Shown one piece after another: positions 1 through 11,700 of a stretch of DNA of 64,000 nt (position 1 is its first letter; every line of letters begins with the position of its first letter). Origin of the DNA: a virus; IMG/VR virus record IMGVR_UViG_3300032246_001270. The stretch is one strand, 5' to 3'. Under the pieces are notes generated by a model. That model saw only the letters and a program-made list of their open reading frames with translations. It was not told the origin of the DNA and did not search any database. Position numbers and translations under genes: made by a program.

Positions 1-3000
1 TCCATATCCACCATAAGGAGTATAATGGAACATTTGCATTGTTTGATAGTGAGATGTATCACCTGGTGATTGTCCAATAGAACCCCAGCTTTCACCAAAT
101 CCAGAACCCCAAGCCATTTGGTCATTAAATGAAGTTGTACCCCATCCTCTTAATCCTGTCCAGTGGTTACTATCTCCAGTATAATCACTTCTTCTATAAT
201 TCTCTTTTGCTGATAAACCAATTCTATTTTTACCATATGTTGTTAAACCCTGCCAGTTAGAATCTGATGTTGGGTCCATATAGTATCCTGTGTTATCAGA
301 ATCGTAGAAGACGTTTGCGTATAAACTTCCACCAGCATTATATCCTAACATTGGAACTCTATATCCATTTAGATACATTTCATATACGTTGAAGTAGAAA
401 TTACTTCTATCAGTATAAATGTGTGCGTGTCCAGAGTTAGCCGGTCCAAATTGAATCCAACCATATGGAGTGTTATGACGGTAACCCCAATCACCACCTG
501 CTAAGTAGTAACTACCATTACCATAATCCATTGATGATAAACGAGAACGTCCATTAGGGTCTACAAAATATCCTGTATTTTCTGAGTCATACATCAAAAT
601 TGCTTGGAAATATTGAGCCCATGCAGTAGCTCCAGCATCCCATCTCAAGTTCCAACCTACAAACGATGCAGTTCCACCATATCCCAATCTCCAGTCATTA
701 CTTCCCTGATTCATCATTAATCCCCAATATGTATTAGGGTTGTTCATTGCATATCCACCATTATTATTATATGCATTTGCTTGATGAGAATATCCATTTG
801 CTGTGATAAAGTTTCCTCTTACATTACTTACACCATTTGGATTTACATAATAACCCGTATCATCAGAATCATAGAATATTGGTGCTCTCATATCACCATA
901 TGCCTGTACAACACCATTAGTTGCATTGACATCAAGTGCTAAATAGTTACCACCACTACTATTACTTCTTTGTGTATTTGTTTCACCATAAAAACGGAAA
1001 TGTCCATGTGCTTGGTTAGTTCCAAATGCAATACCATCATAATACCAAATTTTATGGTAGTTATCACCACTTGCACGTACTAATATAGAACCATCATTTA
1101 ATATCAAACCAATACCACCACTTCTACTATTAGATTGTCCAGACCAAATCTCACCAGCTACTCTTACAGATGCTCCTGTTGTATTAGGGTCAATATAATA
1201 TGTAGTATCATTTGAATCATAGAATATTGGTGCTCTTTTATCACCATCTGAATATGATGTACCTGATGTATGTAATCCATACTGAGGATTTGTAATATTG
1301 TTTATACCAATGTATCCGTTTTCACGCATTAATAAACCAGACCTACCAACTTGTCTAGCATGCAAGTTTATAAATGCCCAACCATAAAAGGTTTCACCAT
1401 CAGATGAACCATTGTAAGTTTGTAATTGGTTTCCAATTGCGTGGTTGTAATCCGCATCACCAGCTAAGAATATTGTATTTCTATTTGTGATGAAACGGCT
1501 GTTCATACTAATTCCGTATAAATTAGATACGGCGTTAGGGTCTAAATAATATGCGGTAGTATCTAAATCATAGAAAATAGGTGCTCTTGCTGAACCAACC
1601 ATTTCCGTATAGTTGTTGATAACTCTCATTACATCACCATACACATTATTCCATAGGTACATATTTGCACCACTAGCGTACCATAAATGATATCTAGTAT
1701 CGTTACGGAATCCTACTGCTGGATTTGCTGAATGATATATTGATACTCCTCTAGTACCACTCATATATCCAGTGGTATCAGTCATACCAACTGCCATATA
1801 TCCATCAGTAGTTAGAGTTGTCAAACGAGATGTACCACCACCATCTATTCTAAATGCTGTATTATCATTATCATACCAAATTGGTGAATACATTGCGTTT
1901 TGGCTTTGTATCCAACCATCTACTCTTAAGTTTAAATCACCACTATCAGAACTCATACGGAATTCTCCAGCAGCACCATACATACCAATTCCAAAATAAC
2001 CCCAATCGTTATATCCAAATCTTAACTTACCACCATATGAACTACCATTATAATAAGGTATTATTATTTGTTGTTGAAGGTCCTGATAAGATGCTTCTCT
2101 TACTGCGGGTAGATAAAAATATGTTTTACTTCCAGCTACACTACCATAACAAGTACCAAATCTTAAATAAACTCTTCTTGTGTTTGAGTGCATTACACCA
2201 TCCGCATTTGAGTTAGTAATATCAATAAGTGTAGAAGATGTTGATGCATATCTATCAGTACCAGCTGAGTTTGCTGCTCCAGATGGGGTTCTCCAACTCT
2301 TTAATTTATATGTAAGTTTAATCCAAGTTCCTCCTGTATTTATTGGGGATGTATGGAAATAAGGATTTGATGTTAAAGTAGTTCCATTTACATCTTGCTC
2401 ATACCAACCAACATATAAGTTATCATTACCTGTACTTCTTACCCAAACACTAAATTCGTAATCCTTTTCAGGATTTACATCAATTAATTCAGTATTATAC
2501 CAGTTATAACATCCAGCAGGGTTACCAGTACCAGTTGATGCATGAGATTGTACTATTGTATTATCTATAAATGCTATTGCTTCTAATGTAGCGTTCACAC
2601 CAACATCAGTACTTACAATATTAAGAGTTGCACCACCTAAGTTTCTAGCTTGAAGTGAATTTACTCTAGAAAAACTATTTGGGTCTAAATAAAAATTCGT
2701 ATCATCAGTATCATAAAATATTGGTGCTCTAAAATCAGATGTTGCTCTAGCAGTACCACTTATATCTAAAGAATATGCCGGGTCGTTTCTATTAATACCA
2801 ACATAACCATTTGTTAATGCGTAAAATGCTGGTGTTGAGTTTCCTCTAGCATAAATCCCAACAGGATATGCTACACCTTGTGAACCTAAAGAATATATAC
2901 CACTACTAAATCCTAATCCCCAATTACCATTCCATCTAATTGCTGCGTTAGTAACCATATTAATGTCACCAGCTAAAGTTAATGCGTTAATATTAGATGT

Positions 3001-6000
3001 TGATGCTGGATTTAAATAATATCCGGTATTATCACTATCATAGTAAATTGGTGCGTAAACATTTTGTGAATATGTATATCCGTTAAAATCTACATAAAAT
3101 AATTTAGATGAATCTTTTGTTGCGGATACTACAATTGCACCATAAGTACCAGTACCATTAATTTGTAAACCATAATCAAATCCAGTCTTATCGATTACCA
3201 ATCCCCAATCTGCTCCACTTCTATCAGAAATAGTAACAACAGCATCAGTATTACCAATTGTATATGGATTTGATGAACGATAGAAAATTACTGCTCCATT
3301 ATTTACACCTCCAGCTACCAAAGCATTTAAGTTAGATGTACCACTACTAATATAGTAAGAAGTTCCACCTACATAAATTGTACCATCCGCTCTAAAGTTG
3401 TATGGAGTATAAGTACCACTACTGAATTGGTTAGCTTGATTTAATCTTAAATAAGAATCCGTTACATCAAATACTTGCTTACTATTACCATACAAATAAT
3501 TAGTAAAATATAGTGAACTATTAAATGTACCCTGATTGAATGTTACGTTATCAGTTGTTCTAACATTTTGATTCATTAAATAAACCTCAGTTGCACCTAT
3601 ACCAGTATCTATTGTACCAGTTATTACGATATTACCACTACCACCAATATTACCAGCTACATAAGTATCTGAATCAGCGTACCATCTCAATCCACTTTCA
3701 TTCCAATAGAATTGTTTTGTAGCTTGAGTTCCTCTCTTAACTTCTATACCAGCATTTTCAGTTGGTGTAGTTCCTGCAGTTATATCAGCATTTAATGTGA
3801 TGATATTATCACCTATGTTAAGAGTTGTTGTATTAATATATGTTGTTGTACCACTTACAGTAAGGTCACCACTAATTGTAGCATTACCAGTTACTGCTAA
3901 AGTTGTACCATCAAAAGTTAAGTTTGCATTTACATTTGCATTTGGTGCTCCACTTGCTGCTAATGTAATTACACCATTTGTAGTTGTACCTGTTAATGAT
4001 AATAATCCAGAAGTTCCTGATGTACCACGTGTACCCGATGTGCCACTCGTTCCACTACTTCCTGATGTGCCACTTGTACCGCTTGTGCCACTACTTCCTG
4101 ATGTGCCACTTGTACCACTACTTCCCGATGTGCCACTTGTACCGCTTGTGCCCGATGTACCACTACTACCAGCAGAGCCACTTACTCCAGAAGTTCCTGA
4201 TGTGCCGCTTGTTCCACTACTTCCCGATGTGCCGCTTGTTCCACTGCTTCCTGATGTGCCACTACTTCCGCTTGTGCCAGAAGTTCCCGATGTACCAGAT
4301 GAGCCTGCCGAACCACTAACTCCTGATGAGCCAGAGGTTCCTGAGGTGCCACTTGTTCCCGATGAACCTGATGTGCCAGATGAACCTGATGTGCCACTTG
4401 TACCGCTACTACCAGCAGAACCACTAACCCCTGATGAACCAGAAGTTCCTGATGTGCCAGAAGTTCCTGATGTGCCAGAAGTTCCTGATGAGCCTGATGA
4501 ACCTTGTGCTCCACTTATTCCTGATGTGCCAGAAGTTCCTGATGTGCCACTCGTTCCACTACTTCCTGATGTACCACTACTTCCTGATGTGCCGCTTGTG
4601 CCAGCAGAACCAGATGAACCTTGCGCTCCGCTTGTTCCAGAAGAACCTGATGTGCCACTACTTCCTGATGTACCGCTTGTGCCGCTTGTGCCAGAAGTTC
4701 CCGATGAGCCACTTGTACCAGCTGAACCGGATGTTCCTGTTACACCCTTAACGCCTGCAATAGATATTGTCCAAGAAGATGCTAATGTTGTTCCTACGTT
4801 ATAATCTGCAGCAATTGCAAATGTTGTACCACCTGTAATAGTTACAGTTCCTTCAAAATAGTTTGAAACATTATTTACTGCTCTTACTCTATCTCCAGTT
4901 ATAAATGCTCCTTGCTGATTTGTTATTAATGTTATTGTACCAGTTGATGCTGGAGTTGCTGATGTTGTTGATGTTACGCTACCATATCCTGCTCCAGCAG
5001 TACCGCTTGTACCCGATGTACCGCTTGTGCCACTTGTGCCAGAAGTTCCTGATGAACCAGAAGTTCCTGATGAGCCAGCTGCACCACTTATTCCTGATGT
5101 ACCGCTTGTGCCAGATGTGCCGCTTGTACCTGAACTTCCATCTTTTCCTGATGTACCACTCGTGCCGCTTGTTCCTGATGTGCCAGAAGTTCCCGATGAA
5201 CCTGCTGTACCACCACTACCTGCAGATGCTGATGTGCCGCTTGTACCAGAAGTTCCCGATGTGCCGCTTGTTCCCGATGAGCCAGTAGTTCCTGAAGTAC
5301 CACTACCACCACCAGCTCCAGTTAAACCAGACGTACCTCCACTTCCAGAAGTTCCTGATGTGCCAGAAGTTCCTGATGAACCACTAACTCCACTAGAACC
5401 CGTTGACCCAGAAGTTCCCGATGAACCACTTATTCCTGATGTGCCGCTTGTTCCACTACTTCCCGATGTGCCAGATGTTCCTGATGAACCACTAACTCCC
5501 GAAGTTCCTGATGTGCCGCTTGTTCCACTGCTTCCCGATGTACCACTACTTCCTGATGAACCGCTTACTCCTGATGTGCCAGAAGTTCCCGATGAACCAT
5601 CCTTTCCGCTTGTTCCTGATGTGCCGCTTGTGCCACTGCTACCACTAGCTCCTGAAGTTCCTGATGTACCGCTTGTGCCAGAACTTCCTGATGAACCGCT
5701 TATTCCTGATGTACCGCTTGTTCCACTACTTCCTGATGAACCTGTACTTCCACTTGTGCCACTACTTCCTGATGTGCCTCTAGTTCCCGATGTTCCGGAT
5801 GTGCCCGATGTGCCACTACTTCCTGATGTGCCCGATGAACCACTTGTGCCACTACTTCCAGAAGTTCCTGATGTGCCACTTGTACCGCTACTACCGCTTG
5901 TACCAGATGACCCAGATGTTCCGCTACTTCCCGAAGTACCACTACTTCCTGATGTGCCACTCGTACCACTACTTCCAGAAGTTCCTGATGAGCCAGATGT

Positions 6001-6684
6001 GCCAGAAGTTCCTGAGGTGCCACTCGTACCAGATGTACCAGATGATGCTGCTGAAGTTTTAATACCTACCTTTCCAGTTATTGTATTATAAACTAAAACT
6101 TCTTGAGTTGTTATATCTTGCTGTAACGAACCAGTTCCAAATGTTAATGAACCTGTTATACCTACACTACCAGTAAATTCTTGCTTATCATTTTGTGCAT
6201 CACCAAATTTTGATGAACCACTTGCGTATATTATTGATGTTGAAATATATGTTGTGAAAAATTCAGTTGTTTCAATTCTGCCCTGAACAACTAAATTACC
6301 ACTTATATTTGTATTAACATTTACTGCTAATCCATTATTAGGTGAAATTTGTGCAATTGCTGAGCCTGATTTTATTCTGTATATATCACCAATAGATGCT
6401 GCATTAATATTTGTTAAACCACTACCATCACCTATAAATAAAGATGCTGAAATTGATGAAGATACATTTAATGAGCCTGTTATTTGCTCATTACCTTTTA
6501 TTTGTAATGGAGAAACACCACTTACTCCTATCACATTTGTTTGAATCGCTGAAGCAGTAAAATTTCCTACAACATTTACAGATTCAGATGAAGCATTTAA
6601 AATAGGAGAACCACTTACAAAAAGCGAAACACTATTAATGCTTGTTTGATTTATACCATTAGGAACTTTACCTTCAAACTTCAT
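1..6684 (-). CDS. Giant tail/neck fibre protein, 3'-partial (>=2228 aa, runs off left edge); not in ORF track
   Basis: ATG at 6684-6682 (MKFEGKVPNGINQTS...). The same frame reads sense at base 1 (...DTSHYQTMQMFHYTPYGGYG) and in all segments I translated. Contains the SIIYASGSSKFGD..QEFTGS motif shared with other fibres here, two Gly-Thr/Ser-Ser tracts (~5000-6045, ~4007-4755), ~8 RAPIFYDxDxTxYYxDP repeats (~280-3060) and a jelly-roll/CBM-like insert (~2095-2560). Confidence 0.85.
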   Translation of the reverse strand, partial: MKFEGKVPNGINQTSINSVSLFVSGSPILNASSESVNVVGNFTASAIQTNVIGVSGVSPLQIKGNEQITGSLNVSSSISASLFIGDGSGLTNINAASIGDIYRIKSGSAIAQISPNNGLAVNVNTNISGNLVVQGRIETTEFFTTYISTSIIYASGSSKFGDAQNDKQEFTGSVGITGSLTFGTGSLQQDITTQEVLVYNTITGKVGIKTSAASSGTSGTSGTSGTSGTSGSSGTSGSSGTSGTSGSSGTSGSSGTSGSSGTSGSSGTSGTSGTSGSSGTSGSSGTSGSSGTSGTSGTSGTRGTSGSSGTSGSTGSSGSSGTSGTSGISGSSGSSGTSGTSGTSGASGSSGTSGTSGTSGKDGSSGTSGTSGVSGSSGSSGTSGSSGTSGTSGTSGVSGSSGTSGTSGSSGTSGTSGISGSSGTSGSTGSSGVSGSSGTSGTSGTSGSGGTSGLTGAGGGSGTSGTTGSSGTSGTSGTSGTSGTSASAGSGGTAGSSGTSGTSGTSGTSGTSGKDGSSGTSGTSGTSGTSGISGAAGSSGTSGSSGTSGTSGTSGTSGTSGTAGAGYGSVTSTTSATPASTGTITLITNQQGAFITGDRVRAVNNVSNYFEGTVTITGGTTFAIAADYNVGTTLASSWTISIAGVKGVTGTSGSAGTSGSSGTSGTSGTSGTSGSSGTSGSSGTSGAQGSSGSAGTSGTSGSSGTSGSSGTSGTSGTSGTSGISGAQGSSGSSGTSGTSGTSGTSGTSGSSGVSGSAGSSGTSGTSGSSGTSGSSGTSGTSGTSGSSGVSGSAGSSGTSGTSGTSGSSGTSGSSGTSGTSGSSGTSGTSGTSGVSGSAGSSGTSGTSGTSGTSGSSGTSGTSGSSGTSGTSGTSGSSGTSGTSGTRGTSGTSGLLSLTGTTTNGVITLAASGAPNANVNANLTFDGTTLAVTGNATISGDLTVSGTTTYINTTTLNIGDNIITLNADITAGTTPTENAGIEVKRGTQATKQFYWNESGLRWYADSDTYVAGNIGGSGNIVITGTIDTGIGATEVYLMNQNVRTTDNVTFNQGTFNSSLYFTNYLYGNSKQVFDVTDSYLRLNQANQFSSGTYTPYNFRADGTIYVGGTSYYISSGTSNLNALVAGGVNNGAVIFYRSSNPYTIGNTDAVVTISDRSGADWGLVIDKTGFDYGLQINGTGTYGAIVVSATKDSSKLFYVDFNGYTYSQNVYAPIYYDSDNTGYYLNPASTSNINALTLAGDINMVTNAAIRWNGNWGLGFSSGIYSLGSQGVAYPVGIYARGNSTPAFYALTNGYVGINRNDPAYSLDISGTARATSDFRAPIFYDTDDTNFYLDPNSFSRVNSLQARNLGGATLNIVSTDVGVNATLEAIAFIDNTIVQSHASTGTGNPAGCYNWYNTELIDVNPEKDYEFSVWVRSTGNDNLYVGWYEQDVNGTTLTSNPYFHTSPINTGGTWIKLTYKLKSWRTPSGAANSAGTDRYASTSSTLIDITNSNADGVMHSNTRRVYLRFGTCYGSVAGSKTYFYLPAVREASYQDLQQQIIIPYYNGSSYGGKLRFGYNDWGYFGIGMYGAAGEFRMSSDSGDLNLRVDGWIQSQNAMYSPIWYDNDNTAFRIDGGGTSRLTTLTTDGYMAVGMTDTTGYMSGTRGVSIYHSANPAVGFRNDTRYHLWYASGANMYLWNNVYGDVMRVINNYTEMVGSARAPIFYDLDTTAYYLDPNAVSNLYGISMNSRFITNRNTIFLAGDADYNHAIGNQLQTYNGSSDGETFYGWAFINLHARQVGRSGLLMRENGYIGINNITNPQYGLHTSGTSYSDGDKRAPIFYDSNDTTYYIDPNTTGASVRVAGEIWSGQSNSRSGGIGLILNDGSILVRASGDNYHKIWYYDGIAFGTNQAHGHFRFYGETNTQRSNSSGGNYLALDVNATNGVVQAYGDMRAPIFYDSDDTGYYVNPNGVSNVRGNFITANGYSHQANAYNNNGGYAMNNPNTYWGLMMNQGSNDWRLGYGGTASFVGWNLRWDAGATAWAQYFQAILMYDSENTGYFVDPNGRSRLSSMDYGNGSYYLAGGDWGYRHNTPYGWIQFGPANSGHAHIYTDRSNFYFNVYEMYLNGYRVPMLGYNAGGSLYANVFYDSDNTGYYMDPTSDSNWQGLTTYGKNRIGLSAKENYRRSDYTGDSNHWTGLRGWGTTSFNDQMAWGSGFGESWGSIGQSPGDTSHYQTMQMFHYTPYGGYG
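4007..6045 (-). repeat. Two (Gly-Thr/Ser-Ser)n coding tracts separated by an ~80-aa globular spacer
   Basis: Degenerate 9-bp periodic sequence; the minus frame reads GTSGTSGSSG... Confidence 0.9.
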
Positions 6685-6695
6685 TATTATTTATT

Positions 6696-7028
6696 TTATG
6701 TCAATTCTAATACAGAAACAATTACATCCGCTGAGTTTGCTAAAGAAGATGTTACTGAAAGAAAATCTCCAGACTTTAACACCAATTTTTGCTCACCTCC
6801 AAATAGTACTGTTGTACTTCCTGCTACAACGATTGCATCTTTTACTAAATATGCTGTTTTATTTCCAATACTATCTCTTACCATAGTACTAACAGAAATA
6901 TTATTTGATGCTGCATTTGCAATATTCAATCCTATCACAGTTGTTGTAGTTGCTGCAGGTGCTTGATAAACAATTACCCCAGAAGTACCAATTGAACCAG
7001 TTACACTATTTTTAAATACGTTTGCCAT
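6696..7028 (-). CDS. Small beta-sandwich virion/fibre connector protein
   Basis: MANVFKN..VYQAP..TTVIGLNIAN..YLVKDA..KLVLKSGD..VIVSVLE pattern, common beside phage fibre genes; paralogous to the two ends of 20733..21656. Confidence 0.7.
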   Translation of the reverse strand: MANVFKNSVTGSIGTSGVIVYQAPAATTTTVIGLNIANAASNNISVSTMVRDSIGNKTAYLVKDAIVVAGSTTVLFGGEQKLVLKSGDFLSVTSSLANSADVIVSVLELT

Positions 7029-7040
7029 TTGTTTTTATTT

Positions 7041-7349
7041 TTATCCTAATGCTATTGAATACGCTAATGCCGTATCCAATACATTTACATTATCTACATA
7101 TACATTTCCAGAAGAAACATAAACAGAACCACTTACATTTAATGAACCTGTTATGGTTTCATAACTAGATGAATCATGTCCAACTCTTAATCTGCTCGTT
7201 ACAGTCAAATCATCAAAAGATGCTTGAGATACATCAATAGTACCTTTAAACGAACCTGTAAATGAGCCTGTAAAAGACCCACTTAAGTTTGCGTAAGCAG
7301 ATAAAGCTTGTGAAATTGAACCTGAAAATATCGGACTATTTATTACCAT
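7041..7349 (-). CDS. Short fibre-like structural protein ending in ALAYSIALG
   Basis: SGSFTGSFTGSF and ITGSLNVSGSV motifs shared with the giant fibres; preceded by the ATATTTATA motif. Confidence 0.7.
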   Translation of the reverse strand: MVINSPIFSGSISQALSAYANLSGSFTGSFTGSFKGTIDVSQASFDDLTVTSRLRVGHDSSSYETITGSLNVSGSVYVSSGNVYVDNVNVLDTALAYSIALG

Positions 7350-7375
7350 TTATCTATACTAGCTTTTGTTATAGG

Positions 7376-7384
7376 TATAAATAT
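7376..7384 (-). promoter_or_regulatory. ATATTTATA upstream motif (putative late promoter)
   Basis: 27 nt upstream of the start at 7349; recurs before many genes. Confidence 0.55.
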
Positions 7385-7398
7385 AAAATAATTTCCTT

Positions 7399-7842
7399 TT
7401 AAGGTTTCACCGGCCAATTTATATTAAATGGATTGTTTTGCGATGTAATATCTCTTAAAGATTGTCTATATACTGCCCAAGCTGTTTTTGTTTCATTAGA
7501 AATATCTGATAATTGTGTCCAATCACATTCAGTTAGTAATTGATTTCTTTGTATTCTAATTTCTTCCCATTGGTTTTCAATTCTATATAATATTTCAGTT
7601 TCAGTAGCATCAACTTGAATCCAATTTTGATAATATACTCCATCAATTAAATTAGGAGTACCTTCGGTAATATTTTTTGTATAATTGTATGGTTTTATAA
7701 TTGTAGATACCTCATACATTTCCCATTCTAATAAAACTTCATTAGTTAAATTTTCAGGAAAACTTATGTTTGGATACGATTCTCTTAATGTATTAATATC
7801 GTATGGATAGTGTATTGTATCATCTATAATTCTTAAGTACAT
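7399..7842 (-). CDS. Tail fibre assembly chaperone (Phage_tail_APC-like C-terminus)
   Basis: C-terminal WEEIRIQRNQLLTECDWTQLSD..W..YRQSLRDIT..WPVKP signature. Confidence 0.8.
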   Translation of the reverse strand: MYLRIIDDTIHYPYDINTLRESYPNISFPENLTNEVLLEWEMYEVSTIIKPYNYTKNITEGTPNLIDGVYYQNWIQVDATETEILYRIENQWEEIRIQRNQLLTECDWTQLSDISNETKTAWAVYRQSLRDITSQNNPFNINWPVKP

Positions 7843-7843
7843 A

Positions 7844-8749
7844 TTATTTGAAATTTGAAGGTATTGATGCGTAATTTGTTAATCCAGTACAATTACGAAA
7901 TGCAGCTGTTCCAGATGGTGTTGGACTTCTTAACCATATTTCAGGAGCTGTGCCTGTTAATGCGTTTGATGTTGTACTCATATAATAAACGTTATTAAAA
8001 ATTGTAACGTTTGTATTATATGTAAATTGTAATACATTAGTTAATGCTCTACAATTATAAAATGTACCAGAAAAGTTTACTGTATTTGTATTTTGGTCAA
8101 ATAAAGTTGATGGTACTGATGTTAATGATGTACAACTAAAAAAACAAGATGCAAATGATGTTGCTAATGGAACTAAATCAAATAATCCTGTTGGTACAGA
8201 AGTTATTGATGTATTTGATGAAAATGTGTTTGAAAATGTTGTTGCTTTTGGAGAATATGCAAATAAATCAGATGGTATTGATGCTATTCTAGTTGCTTGA
8301 AATAAAGATGTAAAATTTATTACTTCATTTAATCCGGTATAACCACCAACTGAACTTAATGTAGAGCTTGTAGGTATTGATGTTAAATTAATACATCCAT
8401 AAAAATCTATTGTTCTTAATCCAACAGTTCCCCATTGTACTAATTCAGTAATTAAATTTCTTATAGAAGCATTATTATTAACTTTAAAACCTGGCATAAA
8501 TCCACTAATAGTTATTGTATAAGTTCCCGCCGATACAAATGTGTGAATTCTATTTGCTGATGATGATGTAGTTATTAATCCAGATGAACTACCATCACCC
8601 CAATTAATATATAAAGCTGGTGTTAATCCACCATAATCAACTAAAGGAGTAGTAAATACTGTATTAGCTGATGTTGTTACTATTTTAAAAACAAACGGAT
8701 ATGCTTGTGATGCTGCATCCGATGGTATTAATTTTCTTGCTATACTCAT
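7844..8749 (-). CDS. Putative receptor-binding adhesin: PKD domain plus BspA-like leucine-rich repeats
   Basis: INWGDG..HTFVSAGTYTITISG (PKD); repeats of the type IPSDLF..ATTFSNTF and VPTGLF..SFASCFFSCTSLT; lies between a fibre gene and a chaperone gene. Confidence 0.75.
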   Translation of the reverse strand: MSIARKLIPSDAASQAYPFVFKIVTTSANTVFTTPLVDYGGLTPALYINWGDGSSSGLITTSSSANRIHTFVSAGTYTITISGFMPGFKVNNNASIRNLITELVQWGTVGLRTIDFYGCINLTSIPTSSTLSSVGGYTGLNEVINFTSLFQATRIASIPSDLFAYSPKATTFSNTFSSNTSITSVPTGLFDLVPLATSFASCFFSCTSLTSVPSTLFDQNTNTVNFSGTFYNCRALTNVLQFTYNTNVTIFNNVYYMSTTSNALTGTAPEIWLRSPTPSGTAAFRNCTGLTNYASIPSNFK

Positions 8750-8760
8750 AACTTTAATTA

Positions 8761-11700
8761 TTAACTAAGATTTTTTCCAACTACAAATCCATAATATAAT
8801 GTACCGCCTGTAAATGTAAAAAATGTCAATACATCAGTGCCAGATGATGTTAATATTGGTGCAGTTCCACCTGCCCACTTAACACTAACAGGCCATGTCA
8901 ATGTATATGCCCCAGCATTTACAACAGTAAATGTAAATCCAAATGCATTTGATGCTGGTGGATTACTAAATGAAATAGATGCCGTACCAGTAAATACTCT
9001 TTTAAAATTATTTCCTGTTGTTAAATCTAATGTTACAGAACCTCCAGAACCTAAATCCGAATAAGTTTCTCTAAATATAGTTGATGTTGTTGCTCCACTT
9101 ATAGTAACATTTCCAGTTGTTGTTAGAGTACTACCATCAAAGGTCATATTAGTATTTACTCTACCACTAGCAGTTGAATTAACATAAGTTATTACACCAT
9201 TATCAGTTGTACCTGCTAATATCAAAGAACCAGATGTTCCCGATGTTCCAGATACGCCAGAAGTTCCCGATGTGCCTGCTCCACTTGTACCAGAAGTGCC
9301 GTTTGTTCCTGAAGTTCCACTACTTCCAAATAATGTACCATCTTTACCTGAAGTTCCTGATGTGCCATTAGTTCCCGATGAACCACTACTACCAGCTCCA
9401 GACGTTCCTGATGTGCCAGAAGTTCCCGATGAACCAAATAATGTACCATCAATTCCCGATGTACCGCTTGTACCACTACTACCTAATCCAGACGTTCCTG
9501 ATGTGCCACTCGTGCCGCTTGTACCAGAAGTTCCCGATGAACCAAATAATGTACCATCTTTTCCAGATGTTCCACTACTTCCTGATGTGCCAGAAGTTCC
9601 CGATGAGCCACCACTTCCTGATGAGCCACCACTTCCGCTTGTACCACTTGTACCGCTTGTTCCTGATGAACCAAATAATGTACCATCCAATCCAGAAGTT
9701 CCCGAAGTTCCTGATGACCCAGATGAGCCACCACTTCCCGATGAACCAGTTGACCCAGCCGAACCAGTTGAACCAGATGTGCCAGAAGTTCCTGATGAAC
9801 CAAATAATGTACCATCCAATCCAGAAGTTCCCGAAGTGCCGCTTGTTCCACTACTTCCACCACTGCCACTAGTACCATTAGAACCCGTAGTACCGGATGA
9901 ACCAGTTGAGCCACTAGTACCACTTACTCCAGAAGTTCCTGATGAACCAAAATATGTACCGTCTACTCCAGCAGAACCAGATGAGCCTGAGCTACCATCT
10001 TTTCCTGATGTACCACTTGTGCCAGAAGTTCCCGAAGTGCCACTATCTCCTGATGTACCACTACTTCCAAATAATGTACCATCTTTACCTGATGTCCCGC
10101 TTGAACCGGATGAGCCGGATGACCCAGATGTACCACTTGTACCATCAATTCCGCTTGTGCCACTTGTACCATCAATTCCGCTTGTGCCACTCGTACCATT
10201 AGTTCCACTTACTCCTGATGTGCCAGACGTACCATCGGTTCCTGTGCTACCACTACTTCCCGATGAACCAGATGACCCAGATGTACCACTACTACCAAAA
10301 TATGTACCATCCAATCCACTACTTCCGCTTGTGCCACTCGTACCAGATGAACCATCTAAACCAGAAGTTCCTGACGTGCCGCTTGTTCCACTACTTCCAA
10401 ATAATGTACCATCCAATCCAGAAGTTCCTGACGTGCCGCTTGTTCCACTCGTTCCACTACTACCAGAAGTTCCTGATGACCCAGATGTACCGCTTGTGCC
10501 ATCAATTCCCGATGTACCGCTTGTGCCACTTGTGCCAGACGTACCATACGTTCCTGTACTTCCCGATGAGCCGCTTGTTCCGTTACTTCCTGATGTACCA
10601 CTTGTACCATTAATTCCAGAAGTTCCTGATGTGCCAGACGAACCTGTGCTTCCCGATGTACCACTACTACCCGCTGAGCCGCTTGAACCTGCTGAACCGT
10701 TTGTTCCATCACTTCCAGATGTGCCGCTTGTTCCATCACTTCCAGAAGTTCCTGATGTACCACTACTTCCCGATGTGCCGCTTGTGCCAGATGAACCTGA
10801 TGTACCGCTTGTGCCATCAGAACCACTTGTACCGCTTGTGCCAGACGTTCCTGATGTGCCATCAGTACCACTTACTCCTGATGTACCGCTTGTGCCAGAT
10901 GTACCATCATATCCACTAGTACCGCTTGAGCCGGATGAACCACTACTTCCTGATGTGCCGCTACTTCCGGATGTGCCGCTTGTGCCGCTTGAGCCACTAC
11001 TTCCGCTACTTCCGGATGTTCCGCTTGTGCCACTACTACCAGATGTACCGGATGTGCCGCTTGTACCGCTTGAACCACTACTGCCACTTGAACCACTACT
11101 TCCTGATGTGCCGCTTGTTCCACTACTTCCAGAAGAACCACTACTACCACTACTTCCTGATGTGCCACTTGTGCCAGAAGTTCCTGATGTGCCGCTTGAA
11201 CCACTACTACCAGATGAACCTGCGCTTCCTGATGTACCGCTTGTGCCAGAGGTGCCGCTACTTCCACTACTTCCTGATGAACCACTAGTGCCAGAGGTGC
11301 CGCTTGTGCCACTACTACCTGCTGACCCAGATGTACCAGAACTTCCTGATGACCCAGAACTTCCTGATGACCCAGAACTTCCTGATGTGCCAGAAGTTCC
11401 TGATGACCCAGATGTTCCATTACTTCCCGATGTACCACTACTTCCGCTTGTGCCACTACTTCCTGATGAGCCCGATGTACCGCTTGTGCCACTTGTGCCA
11501 CTTGTGCCACTCGTACCACTTGTTCCACTCAAACCAGCTGAGCCTGAGGTTCCTGATGTGCCTCTAGTTCCCGATGTGCCACTCGTACCGCTTGTGCCGC
11601 TTGTACCAGAAGTTCCTGAGAATCCAGCAGAGCCTGATGTTCCTGATGTGCCACTCGTACCGCTTGTGCCAGATGAACCTGATGTGCCGCTTGTGCCAGA

